A stretch of 64,000 nt of DNA from Clostridia bacterium (GCA_017473865.1 JAFUJB010000016.1:135476-199475); one strand, 5' to 3'. Shown: positions 25,462 to 35,215, numbered from the stretch's first letter. Notes: generated from the sequence alone by a model not told the origin. Numbers and translations are program-made.

Positions 25462-26325
25462 ATGGATATAAAGATAACAGACGTAAGATGCCGGAAGGGC
25501 GATGCGGCTTTTTTGATTGATGACGGCAAGACAAGCGTTTTGTACGATACAGGCTTTGGGTTTACCGGATATGCTGTTGCAGAAAATATAAAGAAGGTTT
25601 TGGGAGACCGTGAACTTGATTATATTTTTCTGACACATTCGCACTATGACCACGCTCTCGGATGCCCATATATTTTGAGAAAATACCCGTCGGCAAAGGT
25701 AGTAGCGGGAAGCTACGCGGAGGGTATTTTCAAACGCGACGGGGCTAAAAGAACAATGAAGGAGCTTGATGCGAAATTTGCCGAAAAGTGCGGAGTTACG
25801 GATTATGAGTTCCTTGGTGATGAGCTTAAGGTCGATATTGCCGTTGACGACGGAGATATTATTCAAGCGGGCGATATGGAATTTAAGGTTTTAAGTCTCC
25901 CCGGTCATACCCGCTGCTGTGTTGGCTATTATTGCGAGAAAGAGGGTTTGTTCCTTTCGTGCGAGTCGCTTGGCGTATATGACGGGAAAGATACGATTCT
26001 TCCGTCATACCTTGTTGGTTATGAGGCGTCAATCTCGTCGATTGAAAAGGTTGAAAAACTTAATATAGATTCTATGGTTGCGCCGCATTTTGGATTGCTG
26101 GATAAAAACCAAACGGAATACTTTTTAAATAATATGAAATCAGCTGCAGAGAAAACTGCACAAGAATTACTTAACAATATTAAAAATGGTTACAGCGACG
26201 AAGAGATAATACAACAACTTAAAGATAAGTATTTGCACGGATATATGAAAGAGATATACCCTGAAGACGCATTTAACCTTAACGTATCAATTATGATCAA
26301 ACTCATAAAAAACGAGCTTTTATAA
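25462..26325 (+). CDS. MBL-fold metallo-hydrolase
   Basis: THSHYDH motif, 287 aa, AGGAGG RBS. Confidence 0.75.
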   Translation: MDIKITDVRCRKGDAAFLIDDGKTSVLYDTGFGFTGYAVAENIKKVLGDRELDYIFLTHSHYDHALGCPYILRKYPSAKVVAGSYAEGIFKRDGAKRTMKELDAKFAEKCGVTDYEFLGDELKVDIAVDDGDIIQAGDMEFKVLSLPGHTRCCVGYYCEKEGLFLSCESLGVYDGKDTILPSYLVGYEASISSIEKVEKLNIDSMVAPHFGLLDKNQTEYFLNNMKSAAEKTAQELLNNIKNGYSDEEIIQQLKDKYLHGYMKEIYPEDAFNLNVSIMIKLIKNELL

Positions 26326-26415
26326 TGAAAATCGGACACATCATAAGGGAAACCCTAAATGATGTGTCCATTTTTGTTGCGAACATCTTAATGCTATGAT
26401 ATAATAACTGTGGTG

Positions 26416-26940
26416 ATGCAAATGGAAGAAAAAAGACCGGAAAGAAAACCGACGAGGATAAAGAATTACGATTACAGCAGAGTCGGTGCATACTTTATAA
26501 CCATATGCACGAAGAATCGAGCAGAGATTTTATGTAACATTGTAGGGGGCGACGTCCTCGACGCCCCGATAAAAGTAAGATTATTACAATACGGAGAAAT
26601 AGCGGAAAAATACATAAAACAATTAAATGAATATTACGAAAATATTTCGGTCGAAAAATATGTAATAATGCCGGATCATATACATATATTAATTGTCGTA
26701 AAAAAGGAAGAAGATACAATACTAAAAGGCGGGGCGTCGAGGACGTCGCCCCCTACAAGACAACATTCGTCTGTGTCAAGATATGTTTCTACATTTAAAA
26801 GGTTTTGTAACAAGGAATACGGAGAAAATATATGGCAAGAATCATTTTTTGACCATATAATCAGAAACAACGAAGACTATGAAGAACATATAAAATATAT
26901 ACACGAAAATCCGACAAAATGGTATTACGAGAATAAATAA
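26416..26940 (+). CDS. REP-associated tyrosine transposase (RayT) / IS200-like Y1 transposase
   Basis: YDYSRVGAYFITICTKNR, HUH motif MPDHIHIL, catalytic-Tyr region FFDHIIRNNEDYEEHIKYIHENP. Start ambiguous (26410/26416/26422). The TGaTATAAT -10 ends 10 nt upstream. Confidence 0.8.
   Translation: MQMEEKRPERKPTRIKNYDYSRVGAYFITICTKNRAEILCNIVGGDVLDAPIKVRLLQYGEIAEKYIKQLNEYYENISVEKYVIMPDHIHILIVVKKEEDTILKGGASRTSPPTRQHSSVSRYVSTFKRFCNKEYGENIWQESFFDHIIRNNEDYEEHIKYIHENPTKWYYENK
26542..26567 (+). repeat. REP variant 1 inside the RayT CDS (GTAG+GGGGCGACGTCCTCGACGCCCC)
   Basis: Exact reverse complement of 26731-26756. Encodes ..VGGDVLDAP.. Confidence 0.8.
26731..26756 (-). repeat. REP variant 1 inside the RayT CDS (inverted partner)
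   Basis: GGGGCGTCGAGGACGTCGCCCCCTAC. Encodes ..GASRTSPPT.. Confidence 0.8.
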
Positions 26941-26992
26941 AACTGGACACATCATGGAATAAAACTCCAAAATGATGTGTCCATTTTTATTG

Positions 26993-27030
26993 ACAAAATG
27001 CTACACACGGGCGGAGCCCGTGTGTAGCGT
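26993..27030 (-). terminator. terminator of ldh
   Basis: CTACACACGGGC / GCCCGTGTGTAG hairpin, with a U-rich tail on the minus strand. Confidence 0.7.
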
Positions 27031-27033
27031 ATA

Positions 27034-27975
27034 TTATATTTTAATATTTTTAATTACATTTTTTAAGCTGTCTGCGCTGTTGTGAAGCTTCATAATTTCT
27101 TCATCGTTCAAAGGAAGCATAACTTTTTCTATAACGCCATTGTTTCCCAGTATATTAATCAAGCTAAGACAAACATCGTGTATACCGTATTCTCCGTGTA
27201 ACATTGTTGATACTGTTAAAGCGGTATCCATTCCGCTTAAAATACACTTGCAAAGATGAGTTACCGATGAAGATACTGCATAAAAAGTAGCACCTTTTTT
27301 ACTTATAATTTCTGCTCCGGATTTGTGTACATATTCCTCTACGCTGTTTTTGTTAAACGCTGGAGTGATAGATGAATTGATGGCAATTCTCTGGTAGTCT
27401 TCAACAAGAACGTTGGAAATATTTGCGGTTGACCAAGGAACAAAAGACGTATCACCGTGTTCACCTAAAACATAAGCGTGAACATTCTTTTGGTTAACAG
27501 AAAAATATTCAGCTATTCTTGATCTCAAACGCGATGTATCAAGAATAGTACCGGAACCAATTATTCTATGTTCAGGAAGACCGGTATGCTTGCAAAAAAC
27601 ATAGGTCAGAACATCAACGGGATTGCTGACAATTACATAAACAGCATCGGGAGCGTATTTTACCACCTGATCTGCAACTTTTTTTAAAACGTCGACATTC
27701 GCTTGAGCAAGGTCGAGTCTTGACTGATCCGCCTTTCTCGCCATTCCCGATGTTATAACAACAATATTTGAATTTTTTGCGTCAGCATAAGTACCCGCAT
27801 AAATATTTGAAGGATGGCAAAAAGGCACCCCTTGCCGAATATCAAGCGCTTCGCCAAAAGCTTTCTCTTCATTTATATCTATAAGAACGATTTCTGAGGC
27901 TAATCCAATTACCATCATCGTATAACCAATGGTTGCCCCCACACTACCGGTGCCAACAATCGTAATTTTGTTCAT
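27034..27975 (-). CDS. ldh: L-lactate dehydrogenase
   Basis: ITIVGTGSVGAT, ITSGMARK, GEHGDTSFVPWS; 313 aa. Confidence 0.9.
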   Translation of the reverse strand: MNKITIVGTGSVGATIGYTMMVIGLASEIVLIDINEEKAFGEALDIRQGVPFCHPSNIYAGTYADAKNSNIVVITSGMARKADQSRLDLAQANVDVLKKVADQVVKYAPDAVYVIVSNPVDVLTYVFCKHTGLPEHRIIGSGTILDTSRLRSRIAEYFSVNQKNVHAYVLGEHGDTSFVPWSTANISNVLVEDYQRIAINSSITPAFNKNSVEEYVHKSGAEIISKKGATFYAVSSSVTHLCKCILSGMDTALTVSTMLHGEYGIHDVCLSLINILGNNGVIEKVMLPLNDEEIMKLHNSADSLKNVIKNIKI

Positions 27976-28431
27976 AACATTACTCCTTCAACCTATTTTC
28001 CGATTATTATATGTAATCAACGAAAGCAAATCCGAAATACTTTTTTCAAATGCTTATTCTATGTATTCATCTAAATTATACTTACTTTTTTTGTTATGTC
28101 AATAATATCTGTTATAAAAGATTTTATTCGATATATCGCCAAATGGGCGGTTATAAACGCAAAAAAACGGGCATGCAAAGCAGCACTTGACACTGTCAAG
28201 TACAATTTTCTTTACAATTTCCTGCATATAGAGTATAATTGTACTTGCTGAACGATACAGTACAGTATCCTTACATCAAGAACAAACCAAAAGAGTAATT
28301 TTGTGAAAAATTTATTATTTATCTTGTCTCTTGTGCTTGTCCTTGACTATAATCATTATATATATTATACTATTGATGTAAAATAATTTACATAGATTTT
28401 ATTATTACACCATCAGAAAAGAGGAATTATT

Positions 28432-30129
28432 ATGCTTTGTAGAAATTGCGGTTTCGATTTTGAAGACTCTGCGACTTTTTGTCCCCAGTGCGGTGCTCCC
28501 GTGCAGGCTCAGACAAACACGCAACAAACCGCTGAAGATGTTGCCACTCAGGTTCAGACTGAACAACCGGTAACTAATCAGCAGCCACCTAAAAAATCTA
28601 AAAAAGGTCTTATTATTGGTATTGTTGCTGCAGTTGTTGCTGTAATTGTTGCTATACTCGCATTCAACGCATCATCGCTTTCAAATTATTTCAAAAAGAC
28701 TTTTTCATCCGACAAAGATTATCTGAAATCAGTTGTCCAGGACTCAAGTTCTGAATTTGCAGAAGACCTCGGTTCATATTTTGAACTGCTTAGCACGACG
28801 GACACTACCATTCCCTCACAGAATATTAAATATGAAATCAACCTCGGCAAATCAGGCGCTAACCTTATAGGTCAGGTTCTTGGAATGGACGTATCTTGGG
28901 CTAAAAATGCAGTCATAGATATGAATATGCACTTTAAAGATAACGTATATGCAGTCGATATGGCTCTGAAGCTTAACAGCAAGCAAATAATAATGTTTAA
29001 TTATGTTATCGATATGGAATCATATACAGTGTACTTTAAACTTCCTGAATATAATGAGGAATACGTTTCACTTACTTCATCAACAGGAATGGAGGGTGCA
29101 TTTTCTTCCCAAGAAATGCAGAAGACACTTAATGACGTTATAAACGTACTTCCCGACACGAAGACTCTTGAAAGAATAATTACCCGTTACGTAGGTATTG
29201 TTTTTGATTGTATGGAAGATGTACAAAAAGAAACGGTTACAGTTGACGTTAAGGGAGTAGCTCTGAAGTGCGATAAGTACTCGGTTGAATTAGACGGAGA
29301 GTTTCTTGCAAAAGCCTTCACTGCTGTGTTTGAAGAAGCTAAGGATGATAATGATATTAAGAAAATTGTGATTGATATCGCTAAGGCAGAATCCTTGAAC
29401 ATTGAAGACGCAGACGCATTTTACAAGAATTATCAGGCTTCTCTGGATACTGCTATACAGAGTATTAAAGAGTCAGAAAATCCTGCAGTAGAATTGACGT
29501 ACAACACCTGGATAAACAATAAGGGAGACATTATCGGCATTGAATTTGAACATAAAGATTTTGTTTTCTCATACTTTAACGTCGAAAAAGGCAAAAACTA
29601 CGCTGTTGAAGCTTCAATAGAGGTTGACGGAAATAAATTTTCTTTTGAAGGCGAAGGAAAAATATCAGGTTCAAAGAAATCGGGAGAATTTGTCGTTAAG
29701 GCCATGGGCGTGGACTTTGTGGAAATTACAATGAAGGATTTCGATACAAAGTCTTACGAAAAAGGCTATACAAACGGAACCATTGAGATCAAGCCCTCTT
29801 CGGCAATGTTGTTATCTATGCTGGACAGCGTTCCTTCTGAGATCAGCTCGCTTATCGATGACCTTTCTCTCAGGTTGGATATAAAAACATCCGAAAAAGA
29901 GGCAGATCTTAAGTTGTCGTTATATCAGGATGATGACATTCTCGCTGATTTGAATCTTATCGGAAGTACTATAGATAATAAGGGAGCAACTATTCCCTCA
30001 AACTCTATTTCTGCAAACGATGAGGCAGCTATGGAAAAATGGGCAGAAAAAATTGACATCGTCAAAATTATTAACGCTCTTAAGGAAGCAGGCGTTCCGG
30101 CTGAATTGCTCCCGAGCTTTGAAGGATAA
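28432..30129 (+). CDS. zinc-ribbon membrane-anchored protein with a large extracytoplasmic domain (unknown function)
   Basis: CRNCG..CPQCG at the N-terminus, a Gln/Thr-rich linker, one TM (LIIGIVAAVVAVIVAILAF), then about 480 aa with no motif I recognise. Confidence 0.6.
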   Translation: MLCRNCGFDFEDSATFCPQCGAPVQAQTNTQQTAEDVATQVQTEQPVTNQQPPKKSKKGLIIGIVAAVVAVIVAILAFNASSLSNYFKKTFSSDKDYLKSVVQDSSSEFAEDLGSYFELLSTTDTTIPSQNIKYEINLGKSGANLIGQVLGMDVSWAKNAVIDMNMHFKDNVYAVDMALKLNSKQIIMFNYVIDMESYTVYFKLPEYNEEYVSLTSSTGMEGAFSSQEMQKTLNDVINVLPDTKTLERIITRYVGIVFDCMEDVQKETVTVDVKGVALKCDKYSVELDGEFLAKAFTAVFEEAKDDNDIKKIVIDIAKAESLNIEDADAFYKNYQASLDTAIQSIKESENPAVELTYNTWINNKGDIIGIEFEHKDFVFSYFNVEKGKNYAVEASIEVDGNKFSFEGEGKISGSKKSGEFVVKAMGVDFVEITMKDFDTKSYEKGYTNGTIEIKPSSAMLLSMLDSVPSEISSLIDDLSLRLDIKTSEKEADLKLSLYQDDDILADLNLIGSTIDNKGATIPSNSISANDEAAMEKWAEKIDIVKIINALKEAGVPAELLPSFEG

Positions 30130-30228
30130 TTTTACTGTCTTATAAACTACAAATATACTTGACACAGCGTCTCGAAAAGGCTATAGCCTCTTTGCTGACG
30201 CTGTTCAGTTATTTTGGAAAGGAAATAT

Positions 30229-30897
30229 ATGAAGCTTGAACTCGTTAACATTAGTAAATCATACGGAAAGAAAAATATACTGTCAGATATAACTCTTACG
30301 GCAGAAAGCGGGAAATGCATAGGTATTCTCGGTTCAAACGGATGTGGGAAGTCGACCCTTTTCGGCATACTTGCAGGAGTAACCAAGTCTGACAGCGGAA
30401 GTTTTCTTTGTGACGGCGAAAATTTATTAAAAAACACGAACAAGAGAGCAAGCACCGTAGGATACGTTCCGCAAGGAACACCGCTTTTTGAAGAACTCAG
30501 TGCTTATGATAATCTTTTGCTTTGGTATCCTGCCGAAAAAATTAAAAACGAGCTTCAAAACGGAATACTCGGAATGCTTGGTATTGATGCTTTTTTGAAA
30601 ACACCGGTATGCAAAATGTCGGGCGGTATGAAAAAAAGACTTGCCATAGGCTGTTCTGTAGCACATAACCCAAGTGTTTTACTTCTTGATGAGCCTTCAG
30701 CTGCCCTGGACCTTGTGTGCAAAGAACGTATATCTAACTACCTTAAGAGCTTTAAAGATAAAGGCGGAATTATTCTTATAGCTACTCATGATGCACAGGA
30801 AATAGAAATGTGCGACGAGATTTTTATTATAAAAAACGGTAAATTACAAAAATACGAATATGACGGGAATATACACAGACTGGTAGGCAGATTATAA
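30229..30897 (+). CDS. ABC transporter ATP-binding protein
   Basis: Walker A GSNGCGKST, signature MSGGMKKRL, Walker B LLLDEPS. RBS GGAAAGGAAA. Confidence 0.9.
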   Translation: MKLELVNISKSYGKKNILSDITLTAESGKCIGILGSNGCGKSTLFGILAGVTKSDSGSFLCDGENLLKNTNKRASTVGYVPQGTPLFEELSAYDNLLLWYPAEKIKNELQNGILGMLGIDAFLKTPVCKMSGGMKKRLAIGCSVAHNPSVLLLDEPSAALDLVCKERISNYLKSFKDKGGIILIATHDAQEIEMCDEIFIIKNGKLQKYEYDGNIHRLVGRL

Positions 30898-30898
30898 T

Positions 30899-32137
30899 AT
30901 GAAAACAAAAAGATATTTAAACCTGCAGATTAAAAGAGGGCTAAAGCATCTCCCTTCCATACTGGCAATTACACTTCTTCTTGCAGTTTGTATTTCTCTT
31001 GCATGTGCGCTTATTATTACGCAGAATAATGAGAACGAAAGCCAAAAAAAGATAAAAATCGGTATAACGGGAGACCTTTCTCAAACCTATCTCGGCATTG
31101 GTATTACGGCAATAGAAACTATGGACACCTCAAGATTTTCAATTGAGTTCATAACAATGGATGAAGAACAGGCACAAAAAGACGTAAGGGCAGGAAATCT
31201 TTCAGGATATATAAGAATTCCCGACGGTTTTGTGGAATCTATTGTGAAAATGGATAATATTCCGATTGTATACGTTACCAGCGACAGCCCGACAGGCTTC
31301 GGCAGTATATTAATGAATGAGGTTGCAAAAACCATATCCGATACCGTGGCTGAAACACAAAAGGGCATCTACGGTATGCAAAAAATATCCAAGGAATATA
31401 AAAAGACTGAAAACTACAAAGAAAATACCGACAAGATCAATATTGAATATATAGAAACGGTCTTAAACAGAACAAGTGTTTTTGAAACAGAATATCTCGG
31501 TATGTCCGACGGTGTATCTATGGGCGCATATTTTGTATGCGGCGGCATAATGATGTTTCTTTTGCTTTGGGGAATAACATGTAATTCATATCTTTATAAA
31601 AAAGATCGTTCAATGGAAAAACTGCTTGTATCAAAGGGAAGTTCGGTGTTTTCTCAGGTAATATGCGAATATCTATCGTTCATTTTTATTACAGTAATGG
31701 TATTTATGCTTTTTGCATTTACAGCAGGACTTGCTCTGCAAAATATTAAAATTGGTATTATTGAAATAGACAGCGTTTATCCATCAGATTTTATTTCATA
31801 TATTATAAAGATACTTCCGGTTATTTTAATGATAACCTCTGTTCACTTTTTGTTTTATGAATGTATCTCAGGGTACGTAGGTGTTATACTCATTCAGTTT
31901 ATTTTTGCAATTGGTACGGGTTATATATGCGGATGTCTTTATCCCAGCTATTATTTTCCCGAATCAATTCAGAAAGTTTCTTCATTTTTACCAACCGGAC
32001 TTGGCGTAACGTATATGCGTCAATCAATTTCAGGCACTCTCTCGTTAAAAAGCATAATTGGAGTTATCTTATTTACCGTTGTTTTTCTTGCCCTGTCCGT
32101 TGTATTTCGAGCATACAGAATCGGGGGTAAGGAATAA
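30899..32137 (+). CDS. ABC-2 type exporter permease
   Basis: 412 aa. N-terminal TM, large loop, then a C-terminal cluster of 5 TM. Abuts the ATPase gene. Confidence 0.7.
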   Translation: MKTKRYLNLQIKRGLKHLPSILAITLLLAVCISLACALIITQNNENESQKKIKIGITGDLSQTYLGIGITAIETMDTSRFSIEFITMDEEQAQKDVRAGNLSGYIRIPDGFVESIVKMDNIPIVYVTSDSPTGFGSILMNEVAKTISDTVAETQKGIYGMQKISKEYKKTENYKENTDKINIEYIETVLNRTSVFETEYLGMSDGVSMGAYFVCGGIMMFLLLWGITCNSYLYKKDRSMEKLLVSKGSSVFSQVICEYLSFIFITVMVFMLFAFTAGLALQNIKIGIIEIDSVYPSDFISYIIKILPVILMITSVHFLFYECISGYVGVILIQFIFAIGTGYICGCLYPSYYFPESIQKVSSFLPTGLGVTYMRQSISGTLSLKSIIGVILFTVVFLALSVVFRAYRIGGKE

Positions 32138-33276
32138 TGAACACAATTAAAAAAACGTTTGTAAGGCTGTTTTTGCTCAACAAAAGAATGCTCAAAAAAA
32201 TAAGCTTTTTGCTCATTCTGTGTCTTATTCCCATTCTTACGGTTGCGATGACTTTTTTTGCTCGCGAAGAAAGCGGTGTCTTAAATATCCTTCTTTGTAC
32301 TCAGGACAAAAACGATGCAGTTTCAAATGAAATAATTAACGGTCTTTTAGACGGTGATAATATTATTTCTTTCAGCAAGTGTGACGACATTGGAGAGGCT
32401 TATGACCGTGTAAAAACGGGAGCTGCAGACGCTGTATGGATATTTAAAGATAACTTACAGCAAAGAATAGACAAATATGTTTCTGATGGAAAAGAAAACA
32501 ATGCATTCGTAACAGTTGTTGAAAGGGAAACGAATATATCTCTCCAACTATCCCACGAAAAACTGTGCGGTGCCGTTTTTCCGTACGTTTCTTATTCAGT
32601 GTTTGATAATTTTCTCTATACGGAAATTTTCACGGTAGATGAAATAACAAAAGAACAGGTAAAAAAAGCATACGACTCAGCAATAGGCGGCGGGGACCTT
32701 GTTACTTTTGAAAGCGTAAGCGGAGAAACTAAGGGCGCTAAAACAAACTACCTGACCGCTCCTCTTCGCGGACTTTTATCACTTGTCATTGTTCTTTGCG
32801 GACTTGCATCGGTTATGTATCATCAGTCAGACAGAGAAAACAGAATATACGACTGGATGCCCAAAACCAAGCATATAGAGTTTGGATTTGCAAGCTGCAT
32901 ATCCGCCGTTTTTGATTCCGCTGTATTTGTTGTTTTAGCCCTGACAATTTCAGAGCTTAGTATGGGAGCATACGAAATATTGTCGGCAATAGTGTTTATG
33001 TTTGCAACAACAGCGTTTTGTTTGTTGGTGGGGTGTATAACAAAAAAATCATCTGTTACGGGGAAGATAATGCCTTTTCTGATGATAATACTTCTTGTGG
33101 TATCCCCTATATTTTTCAACCTTAACAGTTTGCAGGGAATGCAAATGCTTTTTCCAACCTACTATTATCTGTACTCGGTATACAGCCCGATTCATATTTT
33201 GTATATGGCAATATACTCGGTTGTTGTGTATGTTATAGTTTTTGCAGTAAACTACGTAACTGAAAAAAATGCGTAA
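32137..33276 (+). CDS. ABC-2 type exporter permease (second subunit)
   Basis: 379 aa with the same topology. Start overlaps the previous stop (TAATG). Confidence 0.7.
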   Translation: MNTIKKTFVRLFLLNKRMLKKISFLLILCLIPILTVAMTFFAREESGVLNILLCTQDKNDAVSNEIINGLLDGDNIISFSKCDDIGEAYDRVKTGAADAVWIFKDNLQQRIDKYVSDGKENNAFVTVVERETNISLQLSHEKLCGAVFPYVSYSVFDNFLYTEIFTVDEITKEQVKKAYDSAIGGGDLVTFESVSGETKGAKTNYLTAPLRGLLSLVIVLCGLASVMYHQSDRENRIYDWMPKTKHIEFGFASCISAVFDSAVFVVLALTISELSMGAYEILSAIVFMFATTAFCLLVGCITKKSSVTGKIMPFLMIILLVVSPIFFNLNSLQGMQMLFPTYYYLYSVYSPIHILYMAIYSVVVYVIVFAVNYVTEKNA

Positions 33277-33406
33277 AATGGTATTTTTACCTTGTAAAAA
33301 TGTTCGCGAAGAATATATAAACTTTTGTTGCATTTTGAAGTAAATAATGTTATAATTAGTAAAAATAACATAACATCAAGTTGCGATGCAGCTATAGGAG
33401 GAAAAT

Positions 33407-34471
33407 ATGAAAGGTTTTGGAATGATTTCGGTAAATAATGTGGGATGGATAGAAAAGGAGCGCCCTGTATGCGGTCCTATGGATGCTATTCTTCGCCCTA
33501 TTGCCGTTGCTCCCTGTTCAAGTGATACACACGCAAGTCACGGAGGCTCCGGAGTTCAAGAGAATCTTATTTTAGGACACGAATCGATTGCAGAGGTAGT
33601 GGAAGTGGGCAGTATGGTAAAATACTTTAAGCCCGGCGATGTAGTTGTAGTACCTTGCTGTACACCCGATTGGACGGAGAAGGCAATGCAGCAGCGCAAT
33701 TCAAACAATGCGCACGATTCCGGTATGATGAAAAGCTTTAAGCTTCTCGGCGCTTGGGACGGGGTTTTTGCAGAGTTCTTCAAAATCAATCAGGCTGATG
33801 CAAACCTTGTATTAAAACCCGAAAACGTATCTATCGAGGCAGCTTTAATGACTGTTGATATGATGTCAACAGGCTTTTACGGAGTTGAGATGGCAGACGT
33901 ACAGTTTGGTGATACTGTAGTTGTATTTGGTATAGGCCCCGTAGGACTTATGGCTGTTGCAGGCACAGCGCTCAGAGGCGCAGGCAGGATCATTGCTATC
34001 GGAACTCGTCCGAACTGTGTTGAGCTTGCAAAAGAGTACGGTGCAACTGATATAGTGAGCTATAAAGACGGAGACGTTGTTCAGCAGATACTTGCCATTA
34101 ACGGCGGTCAGGTTGACAGAGTAATTATTGCAGGCGGTAACTGTGCAACGATGAATCAGGCGCTTTCGATCGTTAAGCCGAACGGTACTATTTCAAGCGT
34201 AAACTTCTATGACGTTATGGATAAATTCGAATATCCCGCATATTTGTGGGGGCTCGGAATGAGTGACGTAACAATACGCGGCGGTTTCTGTCCCGGCGGA
34301 GCTCTTCGTATTGAAAAGCTTTTGAACATTATTTCGTCCGGAAGATTCAATCCTGAAAAAGTGTTGAACTACAAATATCAAGGCTTTGATAAGATAGAAG
34401 AAGCATTTAAAGTTATGGACGAAAAGCCCAGAGACCTTATTAAGCCTATCGTTTATATTGATTGGAACTGA
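33407..34471 (+). CDS. zinc-dependent NAD(P) alcohol dehydrogenase (TbADH/CbADH-like secondary ADH type)
   Basis: MKGFGMISVNNVGWIEKERP.., GHESIAEVVEVGS, GIGPVGLMAV; 354 aa. Confidence 0.8.
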   Translation: MKGFGMISVNNVGWIEKERPVCGPMDAILRPIAVAPCSSDTHASHGGSGVQENLILGHESIAEVVEVGSMVKYFKPGDVVVVPCCTPDWTEKAMQQRNSNNAHDSGMMKSFKLLGAWDGVFAEFFKINQADANLVLKPENVSIEAALMTVDMMSTGFYGVEMADVQFGDTVVVFGIGPVGLMAVAGTALRGAGRIIAIGTRPNCVELAKEYGATDIVSYKDGDVVQQILAINGGQVDRVIIAGGNCATMNQALSIVKPNGTISSVNFYDVMDKFEYPAYLWGLGMSDVTIRGGFCPGGALRIEKLLNIISSGRFNPEKVLNYKYQGFDKIEEAFKVMDEKPRDLIKPIVYIDWN

Positions 34472-34582
34472 AATAATAAAACATAAACAAAAAATGGACA
34501 CATCATGGAGGAAACCCCCAAAATGATGTGTCCAAGTTTTTGTTGTATATAAGGGTTTTATGTGATATAATTTATTATGGTG

Positions 34583-35083
34583 ATGAGCGTGGAAGAAAAA
34601 AGACCGGAAAGAAAACCGACGAGGATAAAGAATTACGATTATAGCTCTGCCGGTGCATACTTTATAACGATATGTACGAAAAATCGAGCAGAGATTTTAT
34701 GTAACATTGTAGGGGGCGACGTCCTCGACGCCCCAATAAAAGTAAGATTATTACCATACGGAGAAATAGCGGAAAAATACATAAAACAATTAAATGAATA
34801 TTACGAAAATATTTTGGTTGAAAAATACGTTATAATGCCTGACCATATACATATATTGTTGCGTGTGAAAAAAGGGGCGTCGAGGACGTCGCCCCCTACA
34901 AGACAACATTCGTCTGTGTCAAGATATGTTTCTACATTTAAAAGGTTTTGTAACAAGGAATACGGAGAAAATATATGGCAGGAATCATTTTTTGACCATA
35001 TAATCAGAAATAACGAAGACTATGAAGAACATATAAAATATATACACGAAAACCCGACAAAATGGTATTACGAGAATAAATAA
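34583..35083 (+). CDS. REP-associated tyrosine transposase (RayT) / IS200-like Y1 transposase
   Basis: Same motifs as copy 1. Start ambiguous (34577/34583). The TATAAT -10 sits at 34566-34571, so the mRNA may be leaderless. Confidence 0.8.
   Translation: MSVEEKRPERKPTRIKNYDYSSAGAYFITICTKNRAEILCNIVGGDVLDAPIKVRLLPYGEIAEKYIKQLNEYYENILVEKYVIMPDHIHILLRVKKGASRTSPPTRQHSSVSRYVSTFKRFCNKEYGENIWQESFFDHIIRNNEDYEEHIKYIHENPTKWYYENK
34709..34734 (+). repeat. REP variant 1 inside the RayT CDS
   Basis: GTAGGGGGCGACGTCCTCGACGCCCC. Confidence 0.8.
34874..34899 (-). repeat. REP variant 1 inside the RayT CDS (inverted partner)
   Basis: GGGGCGTCGAGGACGTCGCCCCCTAC. Confidence 0.8.
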
Positions 35084-35171
35084 AACTGGACACATCACAA
35101 TGGAAAACCCCAAAATGATGTGTCCGAACTTTTTTTAATAGAGTTTTTGCGGAGCTTTTTTCAAAAAGCGA

Positions 35172-35205
35172 CAAAAAAAGGATGTATGGATTCTCCATAC
35201 ATCCC
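35172..35205 (-). terminator. terminator of the pduL / IscU-like / GGGtGRT operon
   Basis: GGATGTATGGA-GAA-TCCATACATCC followed by T7 on the minus strand. Confidence 0.85.
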
Positions 35206-35215
35206 TTAATTATGC

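Larger units (their letters stand above)
26334..26982 (+). mobile_element. IS200/RayT-like minimal element, copy 1 (hairpin - Y1 transposase gene - hairpin)
   Basis: GGACACATCAT..ATGATGTGTCC hairpins at 26334-26369 and 26945-26982. Homology with copy 2 begins and ends exactly at these hairpins. Confidence 0.65.
34496..35125 (+). mobile_element. IS200/RayT-like minimal element, copy 2
   Basis: Hairpins at 34496-34533 and 35088-35125. Near-identical to copy 1 except for an indel next to the second internal REP. Confidence 0.65.
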
